Source of the DNA: a virus
Taxonomy: Duplodnaviria > Caudoviricetes
Strand: one strand, 5' to 3'
IMG/VR virus record: IMGVR_UViG_3300036861_000985
Coordinates: 1 to 55,798 of that record
Length of the DNA stretch: 55,798 nt
In this document: piece by piece, positions 1 to 9,091 of the stretch
How the letters are laid out: every line of letters begins with the position of its first letter
Position numbering within the stretch: position 1 is the first letter of the stretch
The notes under the pieces: model-generated
Told to the model about the DNA's origin: nothing
Seen by the model: the letters and a program-made list of their open reading frames with translations, nothing else
Databases searched by the model: none
Made by a program: the position numbers and the translations under genes

Positions 1-625
1 CGGAGAGGGCGGAGCGGAGGGCAGCGCGGAGCTTCTCGGCTTCGTCGTCGCGGAAGTCCCGGAGGAATGTGCCCACCGCCTCCCGCAGCCCCTCCAGCGC
101 GAGGGTCGCGGCGTCGCGCTCGGCCTTGGTCTGCTCGTGGAGCTTCTCGATGTTCGGATGCGTGCGCATGCGGACGCACTTGCAGCCTTCGATCAGGCAG
201 GCATCAGCGTCATAGTGGTCCGAGACAGGATGCTCGCAGAGGTCGCACGCCTCGTTGAGGCGCGTCACCTCCGCCTCCAGCGTCGTCCCCCGCTCACGAA
301 GGGCCCCGGCCGTGGCGCGCCATGCGTCGAGTTCGGCGAGCAAGGCCGTCGCGCGATCGGGGCCGTCCGCCATGGCTCCCCACTGAGCGCGCAGATGCGC
401 CTCGCGATGTGCGGGCATCGTCAGCGTCGCCTGCACCCTCGCGAGACGGGCCGTCGTGCGGGCGGCAATGGCGGATTCGAGGGCCGCCATCGCAGCGGTC
501 AGTCGATCCACTTCGGCAGCCCCGCGGTGCTGCTGGTGCTCCACCTGCGCCGTGGCGAGCGCGTACCACGCCTCCCTCACCGCCACGTCCTCCGGTGCCT
601 CGCTCCGCGGGTCGTCGGTCGTCAT
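1..625 (-). CDS. Hypothetical protein, runs off the window edge (coiled-coil-like plus a Cys/His motif)
   Basis: ATG at 625; open frame MTTDDPRSEAPEDVAVREAW...CDLCEHPVSDHYDADACLIEGCKC read by hand to position 1; not in the ORF track. Confidence 0.55.
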   Translation of the reverse strand, partial: MTTDDPRSEAPEDVAVREAWYALATAQVEHQQHRGAAEVDRLTAAMAALESAIAARTTARLARVQATLTMPAHREAHLRAQWGAMADGPDRATALLAELDAWRATAGALRERGTTLEAEVTRLNEACDLCEHPVSDHYDADACLIEGCKCVRMRTHPNIEKLHEQTKAERDAATLALEGLREAVGTFLRDFRDDEAEKLRAALRSALS

Positions 626-650
626 TGCTCTCTCGTCCTGCGCGTGTAGC

Positions 651-1241
651 TCATCGGCCGCTCCTGTTCTTCGCCTCGGCCGCGGTCTCCGCCAACATCT
701 TCGCGATCGTGGCGAGTGCCTCAGTGGCCGACGGGGACACGTACCCTCCGACCTTCCACAAATCATGCACGCGATCGAGCAGCGCCGAGAGGCGCGCAAC
801 TTCGGCGACAGCAGTGTCCCGCTCGGCTACGATGCGCGCCGCGACAGCAGGCAGATCGGACCAGTCGTAGGAGACAAGCGGCGGCGGCGGGCCCTTGAGC
901 GCGTCGCACACGCCCTTGAGCAACGGCGGAAAGAGCTGGTAGGCCCGATCGCTCTCCGCCGTCGCGTCGTCATGCTCCTTCCGAAGACGATCTATCTCCT
1001 CGTCCCGCGCGACCCTCCCGAACAGCGCCTCGAACGCCGCGCGCTGGCCACTGACGCTGTTGAGCGGATGATCGTCATTCCACATCACCTCGCGCGTCTC
1101 CATTGACATAACGGTCGGGCCGATGATGTGGTTCGGGTAGCGCGTGTCCTCGAGGAGTGCCTTCGTCTCTTCGGGGCCAAGCTGGTCGTGGTCCACGAAC
1201 AGCAGCACCATCTTGTAGACCTTGGTCGGCTCGCCAGTCAT
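651..1241 (-). CDS. Hypothetical phage protein
   Basis: MTGEPTKVYKM...; ATG overlaps the stop of the upstream gene (ATGA), with a GAAGG-type sequence upstream. Confidence 0.6.
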   Translation of the reverse strand: MTGEPTKVYKMVLLFVDHDQLGPEETKALLEDTRYPNHIIGPTVMSMETREVMWNDDHPLNSVSGQRAAFEALFGRVARDEEIDRLRKEHDDATAESDRAYQLFPPLLKGVCDALKGPPPPLVSYDWSDLPAVAARIVAERDTAVAEVARLSALLDRVHDLWKVGGYVSPSATEALATIAKMLAETAAEAKNRSGR

Positions 1242-1492
1242 CGCGACGCCGTCGCCTTCAGGAAGGCCTGGATCTCGGCCTCGGAGATGCGCCACTCCGC
1301 GAACCTCCGGGGCGCGCCCGGCTGGTGAGCCCGCAGCGTCTTCTCCTTGATCCAGCGCCGGACGGTCTGCGGCGACACGTTCAGCCGTACCGCCGCCTCC
1401 TTCACCGTGTAGAGCTTCGAGCTGTCGCCCGTGAACGCCGGGAGAGACGCGAGAGGGCCGAACGGACTTCTGCCGCCTTGCTTGATCGTCAC
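1238..1492 (-). CDS. Excisionase-like / MerR-type HTH DNA-binding protein
   Basis: LYTVKEAAVRLNVSPQTVRRWIKEKTLRA...WRISEAEIQAFL is the typical HTH_17 pattern; GTG start overlaps the upstream stop. Confidence 0.8.
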   Translation of the reverse strand: MTIKQGGRSPFGPLASLPAFTGDSSKLYTVKEAAVRLNVSPQTVRRWIKEKTLRAHQPGAPRRFAEWRISEAEIQAFLKATASR

Positions 1493-2346
1493 GTCTCGAC
1501 CTCCGGAATCGGCACGTTGTCGGCGTAGCGCAGCACTTCGCGCTCCTCGTTCGTGCGCCACATGTTGTAGGCGCGGATGCCCTTGTACGCGGCCTCGCGG
1601 ATCGGCAGCATGCCCTGCTTGTTGCGCTGCCGGTTGATGAGGAACTCGAAGTACATCCGAGACGGCCGGACGTCGATCGCGTCGTAGCACTGGAAGCTGC
1701 CCGAGAAGACGCTCCCGAAGAACTCCATCGCCGCGCTCGGGTTGCGGCGCATGCACCGGATGGCGGCCGAGACGGGACCGGCGTTCCACGTGTCGCGCTT
1801 GAACTTCGTGATCGACTTGAGCTTCAGGAGATGCTGCGTGAACGGGCAGCCGTCGTACGCGCTGATCCGTTCCTCGCGCGAGTACCTGCCACGCACGTCC
1901 ACCCAGTTGCTCTTCTCCGCCATCACGCCGGCCAGGATGGCGTTGTCGACGGGGCCGTGCTGCTCGATGGTGAGCTGGTCGCGCATCGAGCGAGGCTTGC
2001 CGAGGTCGATCGACTTGATCGCGTCCGGCGACTTCAACGTGACGAGGATGACGTTCCGCATCGACACGTTGCTCCGCACGCAGGCGGCGAGCCGATGCTG
2101 GCCGTCGATGACCTGCATGTCCGCGTTCAGGCGGATGGTGTCGCCGACCCACCGCCACCGACTTTCCGCCATCGCACGCGCGTACTCGTCGACGAGCTTG
2201 GGGTTGAGCGGCCGGTTGAGTCCACGGTTGTCGAGGAGCGCCTTCGCGAACGACGGCTCGAGAGGGTCCATCATCTCGACCTCGCCCTCCTCGACCTTCG
2301 CGAGGCGCTCGCGACTGACCTTCTTGGTGGCGAGCTTCTTGGTCAC
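1489..2346 (-). CDS. ParB N-terminal-like (ParB/Srx fold) protein, paralog 2
   Basis: NRPLNPKLVDEYARAM..RW...IDGQHRL...IDLGKPRS motifs; GTGA overlap start with upstream GGAGG. Confidence 0.75.
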   Translation of the reverse strand: MTKKLATKKVSRERLAKVEEGEVEMMDPLEPSFAKALLDNRGLNRPLNPKLVDEYARAMAESRWRWVGDTIRLNADMQVIDGQHRLAACVRSNVSMRNVILVTLKSPDAIKSIDLGKPRSMRDQLTIEQHGPVDNAILAGVMAEKSNWVDVRGRYSREERISAYDGCPFTQHLLKLKSITKFKRDTWNAGPVSAAIRCMRRNPSAAMEFFGSVFSGSFQCYDAIDVRPSRMYFEFLINRQRNKQGMLPIREAAYKGIRAYNMWRTNEEREVLRYADNVPIPEVET

Positions 2347-3206
2347 ACGACCTCCGGCATCGGGTTGCCCGCGTCGTAACGGAGAAGCACCAAGTCTTCC
2401 TCCTTGTTGCGGTACGCGTTGTAGGCGCGGATCGCCTTGTACGCGTCCTCGCGCATGTACTTCATGCTGCTGTTGCGCCCCAGCGGCTTGTTGAGGAGGT
2501 ACGTGTAGAGCTTGTGGGCCGGCTCGCAGCGCTCGCCGTCGATCATCGCGGTGCCGTCGAACACCGCGACGAAGAAGTTGAACGCGATGCGCTTGTTCTT
2601 CTTCATGCACCGGATGGCGCCGCTGACGGGGCCCGCGCCCCAGAGCCCACGCTTGATCGTGCAGCGCTCCTTCAGCTTCATGACCTCGGGCAGCAGGGTG
2701 AACTGCTGGTACGCCTCGTTGCGCTCGTCGTTCGAGTAGCGGCCACGAAGCGAAACCCAATCCGACTTCTCCGCCATCATCGCGGAAACCGCGGTAGCTT
2801 CGTGGCGGCCGAGTCCCAGCGACGAGCGCAGATCGGCGAGATTGCGCGAGCGGCCCTGATCGATCGAGCGGATCGCGTTCTTGTTCACCTTCTCCGTGAT
2901 GACGAGCGGCACGTGTTCGAGCGTGACGCCGCTCTGCACGATGGCGAGTAGCCGGTGCTGTCCGTCGATCACGTGCCGCGTGTCGTCGAGTCGGATGCTG
3001 TCGCCGTTCCAGCGCCACCGGCCCTCCTTCATCGCGCGCGCGTACTCGTCGACGGCGGGCTGCCGCACCGACCGCTGGCTAGGCGCGAGCAGTTCCAGCA
3101 GCGTCGTGGCGAGAGCCGGGTTGAGCTTCGGGATGACCTGGATGGAACCGTGCGGCGTCCGCAGCTTCTGTGCACTTCCGAGGATTTCGTCGATGGTCTT
3201 CTTCAT
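2343..3206 (-). CDS. ParB N-terminal-like (ParB/Srx fold) protein, paralog 1
   Basis: QRSVRQPAVDEYARAMKEGRW...IDGQHRL...IDQGRSR; colinear with the downstream paralog. Confidence 0.75.
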   Translation of the reverse strand: MKKTIDEILGSAQKLRTPHGSIQVIPKLNPALATTLLELLAPSQRSVRQPAVDEYARAMKEGRWRWNGDSIRLDDTRHVIDGQHRLLAIVQSGVTLEHVPLVITEKVNKNAIRSIDQGRSRNLADLRSSLGLGRHEATAVSAMMAEKSDWVSLRGRYSNDERNEAYQQFTLLPEVMKLKERCTIKRGLWGAGPVSGAIRCMKKNKRIAFNFFVAVFDGTAMIDGERCEPAHKLYTYLLNKPLGRNSSMKYMREDAYKAIRAYNAYRNKEEDLVLLRYDAGNPMPEVV

Positions 3207-3241
3207 GATGTTCTTGTCTCTCTTGGCCGCGATTGCGGCCG

Positions 3242-3553
3242 TCACTCCGCCTTGCCGCGCACGATCGCGTCGGCGCGCTTCACGGCGCGCTCGATGGCGC
3301 TCGCCGAGGCATCGATGTCGTCGTCCTTCACGCCGAGCTGGCGCAATCGAGTGCAGACGTTGTCGGACTCGCAGAGCAACGCCTGCAGTGCTTGCGCGAG
3401 CTGGTCGGCCACGTCGGCGCGCTCGTCTGCGCGAACGGCGGTTTCGACGGCGATGACGGCGTTCTGGAGATCTGCGACCTCTCGGGATGACCACGTCCGG
3501 CGCCGAATGATGTCGTACAGACGCGTCTTCGCGTCCGTGATCGGGTTACCCAT
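3242..3553 (-). CDS. Hypothetical protein
   Basis: Helical protein-like composition; fits the tightly packed minus-strand run. Confidence 0.55.
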   Translation of the reverse strand: MGNPITDAKTRLYDIIRRRTWSSREVADLQNAVIAVETAVRADERADVADQLAQALQALLCESDNVCTRLRQLGVKDDDIDASASAIERAVKRADAIVRGKAE

Positions 3554-3788
3554 GGGACCTCGGCAGGGCGTGCAGATGTTGTTCGACATCGACCATCTCG
3601 CCGTTGAGGTCGTACCGAATCAACTCCGCAGGGAGGTTCACGATCACCGCGTCGGCTCGCCTGAACCACTCTCGCTGCGTCTCCGAGCTGCGCCGCAGGA
3701 ACTCCTCCACGTCGGCGTTCGTGCCGTGGATGACGCGGCTGTCGTCGCGATAGTCGCCACGACGATCCTTGATGACAGTCCAGGCCAT
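3546..3788 (-). CDS. Hypothetical protein
   Basis: MAWTVIKDRR...; abuts its neighbours. Confidence 0.55.
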   Translation of the reverse strand: MAWTVIKDRRGDYRDDSRVIHGTNADVEEFLRRSSETQREWFRRADAVIVNLPAELIRYDLNGEMVDVEQHLHALPRSHG

Positions 3789-4010
3789 CTAGCTCTCCTT
3801 CACGATCTGCGTGAACCGCGCGAGAAAACTCTCCTCTGTAGCCGAGGTTGCGTTGACGCGCGGAACCATTAGCCCGCGTCCACCATTCGGCAGGGCCGAC
3901 AGCCACGCGTAGTGGTAGTAGACGCGCCCGCCGTACGCGTGAAGCACGTGTGCGATGCGCCCGCTCTTATTGTTGCGCCAACGCGTGCACTTCTCGACGG
4001 CGGCGGACAT
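3789..4010 (-). CDS. Hypothetical protein
   Basis: MSAAVEKCTRW...; GGAGG RBS, TAATG overlap. Confidence 0.55.
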   Translation of the reverse strand: MSAAVEKCTRWRNNKSGRIAHVLHAYGGRVYYHYAWLSALPNGGRGLMVPRVNATSATEESFLARFTQIVKES

Positions 4011-4243
4011 TAGCCCTCCTCTTCCGCGACAGCCACCCGCAGTTCGTCGATGTGGAACCAGCGGGCAAACCCACGCTGCTCGTTGACGACGCGCGCGTGA
4101 TAGCCCGCCGCCACCGTAACGCGACACCGCAGACCGATGCGCTGGCCTTCGTGCACGTACGGCGCCACGACCTCCATGCCGTCGTCCACCCAGCGGCACG
4201 GGCCCCACGTCTTCCCATCGCTCGTCGTGAACTGGTCCTTCAT
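4010..4243 (-). CDS. Hypothetical protein
   Basis: MKDQFTTSDG...; ATGA overlap. Confidence 0.55.
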   Translation of the reverse strand: MKDQFTTSDGKTWGPCRWVDDGMEVVAPYVHEGQRIGLRCRVTVAAGYHARVVNEQRGFARWFHIDELRVAVAEEEG

Positions 4244-4443
4244 GCCCGGACTCCCTTCGCCCGCTTGCGCAGCCAGCGCGCAACGACATCAGGATCTGCG
4301 CTCGACGTGAACGTGTCCGCCTCGCGCGCTGCCTCTTCGAGCGCCTCGCGCTTCGCCGCGATGATCGCGCTCTCGTCCGCAAAGCGAGGCTTCTCGGCGC
4401 GGGTCGGCTTCTTTGCGCTCTTTGCGCTACGACGAATGACCAC
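4240..4443 (-). CDS. Hypothetical basic protein
   Basis: GTG start after GGAGG; fills the gap in the operon. Confidence 0.45.
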   Translation of the reverse strand: MVIRRSAKSAKKPTRAEKPRFADESAIIAAKREALEEAAREADTFTSSADPDVVARWLRKRAKGVRA

Positions 4444-4702
4444 GGCGCGCCCCTCCGCGAGAAGACCCCATCCCGCCCTTGAACGACCGGCCCTCGCCAC
4501 GCGGCGCTCTCCCACGCAAGTCGGCCGCCGTGAAACGCTTGTGATGAGCGTACAGCCCGCGCACGGTCACCTTCACTCGCCGACCGCACGTGGGACACTT
4601 CGCGCGCAGATCGAGGCCGACGGTCCCCGGCGGTGGCACCGACAGCCGCGGCCCCGAACAGTACCCATCGCGCTGGATATCGTCACGCTTCACGACAGCC
4701 AC
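4427..4702 (-). CDS. Hypothetical protein with C-CxxC-H (Zn-binding-like) motif
   Basis: YCSG...CPTCGRRV...HH. Confidence 0.5.
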   Translation of the reverse strand: MAVVKRDDIQRDGYCSGPRLSVPPPGTVGLDLRAKCPTCGRRVKVTVRGLYAHHKRFTAADLRGRAPRGEGRSFKGGMGSSRGGARRGHSS

Positions 4703-4872
4703 CTGCTGGCGAGAAGGAGCGCGATCCCGAGCGCCACGCTGACGATCAGGCAGATCTTGGCGATACGCTCGACCTTCGCGGTCTGCTCGATGGCGTTGGC
4801 GACGGCACGGCCCATGCGCACGCCGTGCTCGACGTCTTCCTTCCTCTCGACCTTCACGATGATCATCTTCAC
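4690..4872 (-). CDS. Small membrane protein
   Basis: C-terminal hydrophobic stretch ICLIVSVALGIALLLA. Confidence 0.55.
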   Translation of the reverse strand: MKMIIVKVERKEDVEHGVRMGRAVANAIEQTAKVERIAKICLIVSVALGIALLLASRWLS

Positions 4873-5144
4873 GGCGTCCTCCGACGCGTACGCGGCCGAG
4901 GGCTCGCCTGTTGCTTCGTCACGGGGCGCGCATCGGCCTTCGCCAACAGCAGGGCGTTTTCGAGCTTCTCGATCACGGAGCTGGCGAGGTACGCCTGTAC
5001 CGCGCCGAGCGCGGCGATCTGAGCGCTCGCCTTGGTGGTCATCGGATTGGTCACGAAGTCGTGGTCCTCGATCAGCGCGTGGCCGAACCAGAACGGACCG
5101 TTCTGTCTCACGGTCAGCACGATCTTCACTGCGCGGTCAGCCAT
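4869..5144 (-). CDS. Hypothetical protein
   Basis: MADRAVKIVLTV...; coupled to neighbours. Confidence 0.5.
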   Translation of the reverse strand: MADRAVKIVLTVRQNGPFWFGHALIEDHDFVTNPMTTKASAQIAALGAVQAYLASSVIEKLENALLLAKADARPVTKQQASPRPRTRRRTP

Positions 5145-5424
5145 AAGCGCCTGCCTTTCTCCCGCGCTTGGCGGCGAGATCAGCATCGATGCGGAGCATG
5201 CGATACGCCGTGTCGCGCGCCTCCATCATCGCGAACCCGCCGCCGAGCGCAGCGATCTGCTCGTTCGTGGGAAGCTGCTTCGCCCAGAACCGCAGCCAGT
5301 GGGCTACCTCACGCCCATGCTTCCGTGCAGCGCTGATTGCCTGCCGCCGCGTGCGCGGAGAGCGCGCGAGGGTGACCGCACGGTTGAGGGTCCACTGCGT
5401 CTGCTTCTTCTCAGCCACGAGCAT
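5137..5424 (-). CDS. Hypothetical protein
   Basis: ORF track; coupled to neighbours. Confidence 0.5.
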   Translation of the reverse strand: MLVAEKKQTQWTLNRAVTLARSPRTRRQAISAARKHGREVAHWLRFWAKQLPTNEQIAALGGGFAMMEARDTAYRMLRIDADLAAKRGRKAGAYG

Positions 5425-5701
5425 CCGCCTGCGCCGCGATCAGTCGCTGCAAGCCCTGCTCGAACATCTCCGTCAGGCCGGAGAGGTCTTCGTAGGCGAT
5501 CGGGTGCGTGAGCCGGTAGTTGCCGTTGTAGAGGAGCCGGCAGCGCAGAACCACGAGGTCGCGCGCCTGCTCGCGCGTATCGGTCGAGAAGAACGGGAGC
5601 GCAGCGGGGTCGCGCGGCTCCTTGAGCTGCGTGTCGCGGATGAAGATCGTACTGTCCGCGGTGATGTCGAGGATGAAGCGGCGAGAGAGGTGGTGGGTCA
5701 T
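5411..5701 (-). CDS. Hypothetical protein
   Basis: MTHHLSRRFILD... Confidence 0.5.
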   Translation of the reverse strand: MTHHLSRRFILDITADSTIFIRDTQLKEPRDPAALPFFSTDTREQARDLVVLRCRLLYNGNYRLTHPIAYEDLSGLTEMFEQGLQRLIAAQADARG

Positions 5702-5890
5702 GATCGTCTTGCCCTCAGAGGTTCGGGGGGATGAGCCGCAGCTTGTGACCATTGTGCTTGCCGCCGTGCTCGCGGATCCACGCGGCGCAGACGCTCTTGA
5801 CCGGATCGGAGAACACCTCGCGCTTGCCGGCCTTGACGCGCCAGTTGTAAATCGCGCCGCGACCGCGGCTGTGATGTACGTCGCTCGGCA

Positions 5891-6208
5891 TCAGCCCTCC
5901 TCGCCGTCCACCAGCAGGCGCAACGCAGCGCAGACGTGTCCGAGGTCATGTGCGCTCGCGCCATCGCCGACCTCGCTGAGCGCATCCGTCAGCTCGGATT
6001 CGTAATCGGCGAGCGTGCAGAGCGCAGCCTCGAGCCGACGAAGGCCTGCCTTGGTCTTCGCCCCGGGCGCCTTCTTTCCGAGCCCTGAGGCCTTGAAAGC
6101 GGCGCGAAGACGGTCGCGCTCCTCGTCGAGGATCTGTTCGGCGACCTCGATCGAGACCTTCCCGGAATGGATGCGCTTGGCCAGGCCGCTGCGACGATAC
6201 CTGCTCAT
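5891..6208 (-). CDS. Hypothetical protein
   Basis: MSRYRRSGLAKR...; ATGA overlap. Confidence 0.55.
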   Translation of the reverse strand: MSRYRRSGLAKRIHSGKVSIEVAEQILDEERDRLRAAFKASGLGKKAPGAKTKAGLRRLEAALCTLADYESELTDALSEVGDGASAHDLGHVCAALRLLVDGEEG

Positions 6209-6804
6209 GTCTTCCCTTTTGCGCAGAACGCGATGCCCGCGCGTGTGACCGTCCACTTTCGCCCGCGGTACAGGACGCGCGGCTCGGCACGCTCGTGCGT
6301 GCTGCATGCGGTGCCTGGCAACCCTCCGAGGCGCCGAAGAGCCTGCGCGACGAAGGACACGAACAAGCGTTCGCTGCCACTTTGCTGGGACCGCTCATCC
6401 CGCAACGGTCGAGCCACGCCCCGCTCGGTCAAAACCGCTCGCGCGACCGACGTCGTCTGCAGCCCGATGTTCGGCTGCAACACGGTCAGGATCTCGCCGT
6501 CGGTGGCAGGTCGATAGTCGCTCGCGTCCGTCTTTTGGATCGCCGGCCGCGGGATGTCGTCGTTGCACTCCCAGCAGTTCCAGCACGGGTTCTCCGGCGT
6601 GCAGCTCGGGTTGGTGGCGTCAGACGGCGCCGGCTCGTTGTCCTCGCCCGAGACCTCGGCCTGCATGCGGATGAGCAGCATCTGCAGCGCGCGATCGATG
6701 TCCATCTTGAAGCGCCGACGCGACGGCATCTCGTAAAGCTTGGCGACCTCGTCGAGCGACAAGGCATCCCGCTTCCACATGTTGTCGATGGAACGCGCCA
6801 TCAC
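6205..6804 (-). CDS. Hypothetical protein (Cys cluster, possible C-terminal winged helix)
   Basis: CTPENPCWNCWEC motif; coupled start and stop. Confidence 0.55.
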   Translation of the reverse strand: MMARSIDNMWKRDALSLDEVAKLYEMPSRRRFKMDIDRALQMLLIRMQAEVSGEDNEPAPSDATNPSCTPENPCWNCWECNDDIPRPAIQKTDASDYRPATDGEILTVLQPNIGLQTTSVARAVLTERGVARPLRDERSQQSGSERLFVSFVAQALRRLGGLPGTACSTHERAEPRVLYRGRKWTVTRAGIAFCAKGKT

Positions 6805-7037
6805 GCGTCACCTTCGTCCTGCGGCGAGTCGTCGTGGAGATCTTCCATGCGCGGGTCGTCGGCCGGGAGGCGCTCCGCGACGACGCGCCGCAGCTTCTCG
6901 TGCTGACCGGCCCTGTGCCGCTCCATGCACGACGAGCAGACGCGACGCCCACACGTCGGGCACGGACGACGGCGCTTGCGCTGATTGGGCTCGCCGCAGT
7001 CCATGCACTGCACCCGCTGTGCGTAGCTGATGGGCAT
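6801..7037 (-). CDS. Small zinc-finger protein
   Basis: CMDC...CPTC...CSSC...H. Confidence 0.55.
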   Translation of the reverse strand: MPISYAQRVQCMDCGEPNQRKRRRPCPTCGRRVCSSCMERHRAGQHEKLRRVVAERLPADDPRMEDLHDDSPQDEGDA

Positions 7038-7039
7038 GG

Positions 7040-7273
7040 CTACTGCTTCGCCTCCGGAACGAGATGGAACGGCTCCATGCGCTTCGTGGAGCCCTTCGAA
7101 CGACCGAACGCTGACTCGTCGAGCTTCACGACGACGAACATCTGCTCGGTCACGCTTTGAATCGTGACGGGGATCTCGTACGCGCCCTCGTGCCACATCG
7201 CACGCATTCCCGGCACGAGCTGACGCACCGTGATGCACTCGCGCCGCTCTTCGACTGTCGACCGATCCGCCAT
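7040..7273 (-). CDS. Hypothetical protein
   Basis: ORF track; operon packing. Confidence 0.5.
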   Translation of the reverse strand: MADRSTVEERRECITVRQLVPGMRAMWHEGAYEIPVTIQSVTEQMFVVVKLDESAFGRSKGSTKRMEPFHLVPEAKQ

Positions 7274-7276
7274 CGG

Positions 7277-7546
7277 TCAGACCTTCACCGGGAGAGCACG
7301 GATGCGACGCGCAGCCCGACTAGCGGTCTGGCACTGCGTGCACTTGCACATGCCCGAATGCGTCTTGGGGCGGGTCGCTTTCGCGGCACGCTCGCGCATC
7401 TCCTCGGCGCCCTCGGCGCGGCCCGCTTCGAGAAGAGCGTCGAGCGCCGTCTCGGCCGCGGTCGCGTAGATCGTCTCGCCGGTGTCGACGAGCAGCCGCA
7501 CCAACCGCTGCACCTCCTGCCGCGCCTCTTCCGCCTTGCTCGTCAC
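7277..7546 (-). CDS. Hypothetical phage protein
   Basis: EGAEEMRERAAK...IRALP pattern, commonly seen in small phage proteins. Confidence 0.55.
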   Translation of the reverse strand: MTSKAEEARQEVQRLVRLLVDTGETIYATAAETALDALLEAGRAEGAEEMRERAAKATRPKTHSGMCKCTQCQTASRAARRIRALPVKV

Positions 7547-7836
7547 GGCTTCACCGGAAGACGATCGACGATGTCCACGGCCACGCTCAGCGCGCTCGCG
7601 TACGGGCTGCCGATGTCGCGCGGATCGCGATCGCGTTGCGACCGGAGAGCCAGCTTCGCGCGCTCCTTCATCTGAACCGCGCCCGCTTCCGTCGCGGCCG
7701 AGATCAGGATGCCGATTAGTTCGTCGTCAGACGCCACGCGGGGTCCAGGCTCGAAGCCGGGAGTCCTGTACGCCTGGATGCGGTCCCGAAGTGCCCGCCG
7801 AGCCACTTCCATCGACGTCGTGCTGTCCTTGCCCAC
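7543..7836 (-). CDS. Hypothetical protein, probably leaderless
   Basis: GTG 6 nt after a -10 box. Confidence 0.55.
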   Translation of the reverse strand: MGKDSTTSMEVARRALRDRIQAYRTPGFEPGPRVASDDELIGILISAATEAGAVQMKERAKLALRSQRDRDPRDIGSPYASALSVAVDIVDRLPVKP

Positions 7837-7842
7837 GAACCC

Positions 7843-7903
7843 AATCTAACCCACGAACCATTAGCTGTCAATAGCGATCTCACATAATATAGATTATGTG
7901 ACA
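7843..7903 (-). promoter_or_regulatory. Sigma70-type promoter (TTGACA-17-TAGATT) with an upstream AT-rich imperfect palindrome
   Basis: -35 at 7871-7866, -10 at 7848-7843; TCACATATAATAGATTATGTGA at 7880-7901; CCCACGAACC direct repeat at 7832 and 7850. Confidence 0.75.
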
Positions 7904-7931
7904 AGTATTGGGAATCATTCGGCTTTTCGAT

Positions 7932-8207
7932 TTAGCCGCGGAAGGAGCCTCCGGCCCTTCGAAACGCTTCCGCGGGCTTCGCTACGGGCTCGCGCTCCTT
8001 CTTCTTCTCGACCAACCGCAGGCAGCGCCGGCACGGAGCAGCCCACGGCGCCGGAGCTGCGGGCCGATCTCCGTCGGGCCGAGCCATGCCGCAGACTGAT
8101 GTGCGGGGCTCGGTGATCGCGAGGTCGAACGCGTGCTGCATGACGAACACGCGTTCGCGCCCGATCCAGCGGATCGTCGAGTACCAACCCAGCCAGACGG
8201 CATCCAT
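7932..8207 (-). CDS. Hypothetical protein with H-C-CxxC motif
   Basis: QHAF...SVCG...CRRC. Confidence 0.5.
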   Translation of the reverse strand: MDAVWLGWYSTIRWIGRERVFVMQHAFDLAITEPRTSVCGMARPDGDRPAAPAPWAAPCRRCLRLVEKKKEREPVAKPAEAFRRAGGSFRG

Positions 8208-8401
8208 CAGACGAACTCCGAGTCCGAGAGCAAGATGCGACGACAGCGTCCGCACGTCACCTCGCTCGCGACCCAGGTGAACTTCGGCCAGGGCGTCACC
8301 TTCTTCGGCGTGCGTCCCGGCTCGCGTGCAGCTCCGCAGAGCGATTCATCCTCCATCCCCATGAGGGTGTTCTTCGGCCGGTGCACCTTGCGCTCCATCA
8401 C
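8207..8401 (-). CDS. Small Zn-binding-like protein
   Basis: VH...SLCG...VTCGRC. Confidence 0.55.
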   Translation of the reverse strand: MMERKVHRPKNTLMGMEDESLCGAAREPGRTPKKVTPWPKFTWVASEVTCGRCRRILLSDSEFV

Positions 8402-8667
8402 GAACGCGTCCGCTTCATGCGTCGCGCCACGCGCAACGCGAACGTGGCGACGTCGCGCGAAGAGTACGGACCTGGACCCATGCCGGCGTGCTCGGCCTCG
8501 TACGCTTCGTTGAACGCCGCGGCCCCTTCCTCCGTATCGAAGGCGTCGAGCGCTTCGCGCACTTCAAGCACCTCACCCGGTGCCAGGTGCGCCGCGCACG
8601 CCTCGCCCAGGTACGCGCCGAAGCTAGTCATAGGCGCAGGGACCGAAGCCACCAGGCACATGACCAT
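8398..8667 (-). CDS. Hypothetical protein
   Basis: ORF track; start uncertain. Confidence 0.45.
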   Translation of the reverse strand: MVMCLVASVPAPMTSFGAYLGEACAAHLAPGEVLEVREALDAFDTEEGAAAFNEAYEAEHAGMGPGPYSSRDVATFALRVARRMKRTRS

Positions 8668-9091
8668 GCGCCCACTGGAACTCGGAGTTCGCGCTCGCCT
8701 GGCTGTCCGACCCGTGCACCGCGTTGTGCATCATCGGGCCGTCTTTGGAACCAAACCGGCCACGGATCGTCTCCGGCGCCGCCTTCTTCGGGTCGGTGGC
8801 GCCGATGAGCTGGCGCCACTTCTCCACCGCGTTCTCGCCTTCCAGCGTGACGAGGTACAGCGGGCCGCTCGCCATGAACAGGCACAGCGACGGAAAGAAC
8901 GACTTGCCGGCGTGTTGCGAGTAGAGCGCGGCGAAGGCTCCGTCGTGAAGCATCACGCGAGCGAGGTCCGCGATGGCGAAGTTGCGCTCCATGATCGTGA
9001 TGATCTCCCCAACGCAGCCCGCTCGCACTGCGTCCGGCTTGATCATCGCGAACGTGATCTCGTTCTTGGGTACGACGACGTGTTCCTTCAT
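8624..9091 (-). CDS. ndk: Nucleoside diphosphate kinase (in-frame N-terminal extension possible to 9244)
   Basis: TFAMIKPDAV, FMASGP, WRQLIGATDP..A.PETIRG.FG, and NAVHGSDS with the catalytic His; GGAGG RBS before 9091. Confidence 0.93.
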   Translation of the reverse strand: MKEHVVVPKNEITFAMIKPDAVRAGCVGEIITIMERNFAIADLARVMLHDGAFAALYSQHAGKSFFPSLCLFMASGPLYLVTLEGENAVEKWRQLIGATDPKKAAPETIRGRFGSKDGPMMHNAVHGSDSQASANSEFQWAHGHVPGGFGPCAYD

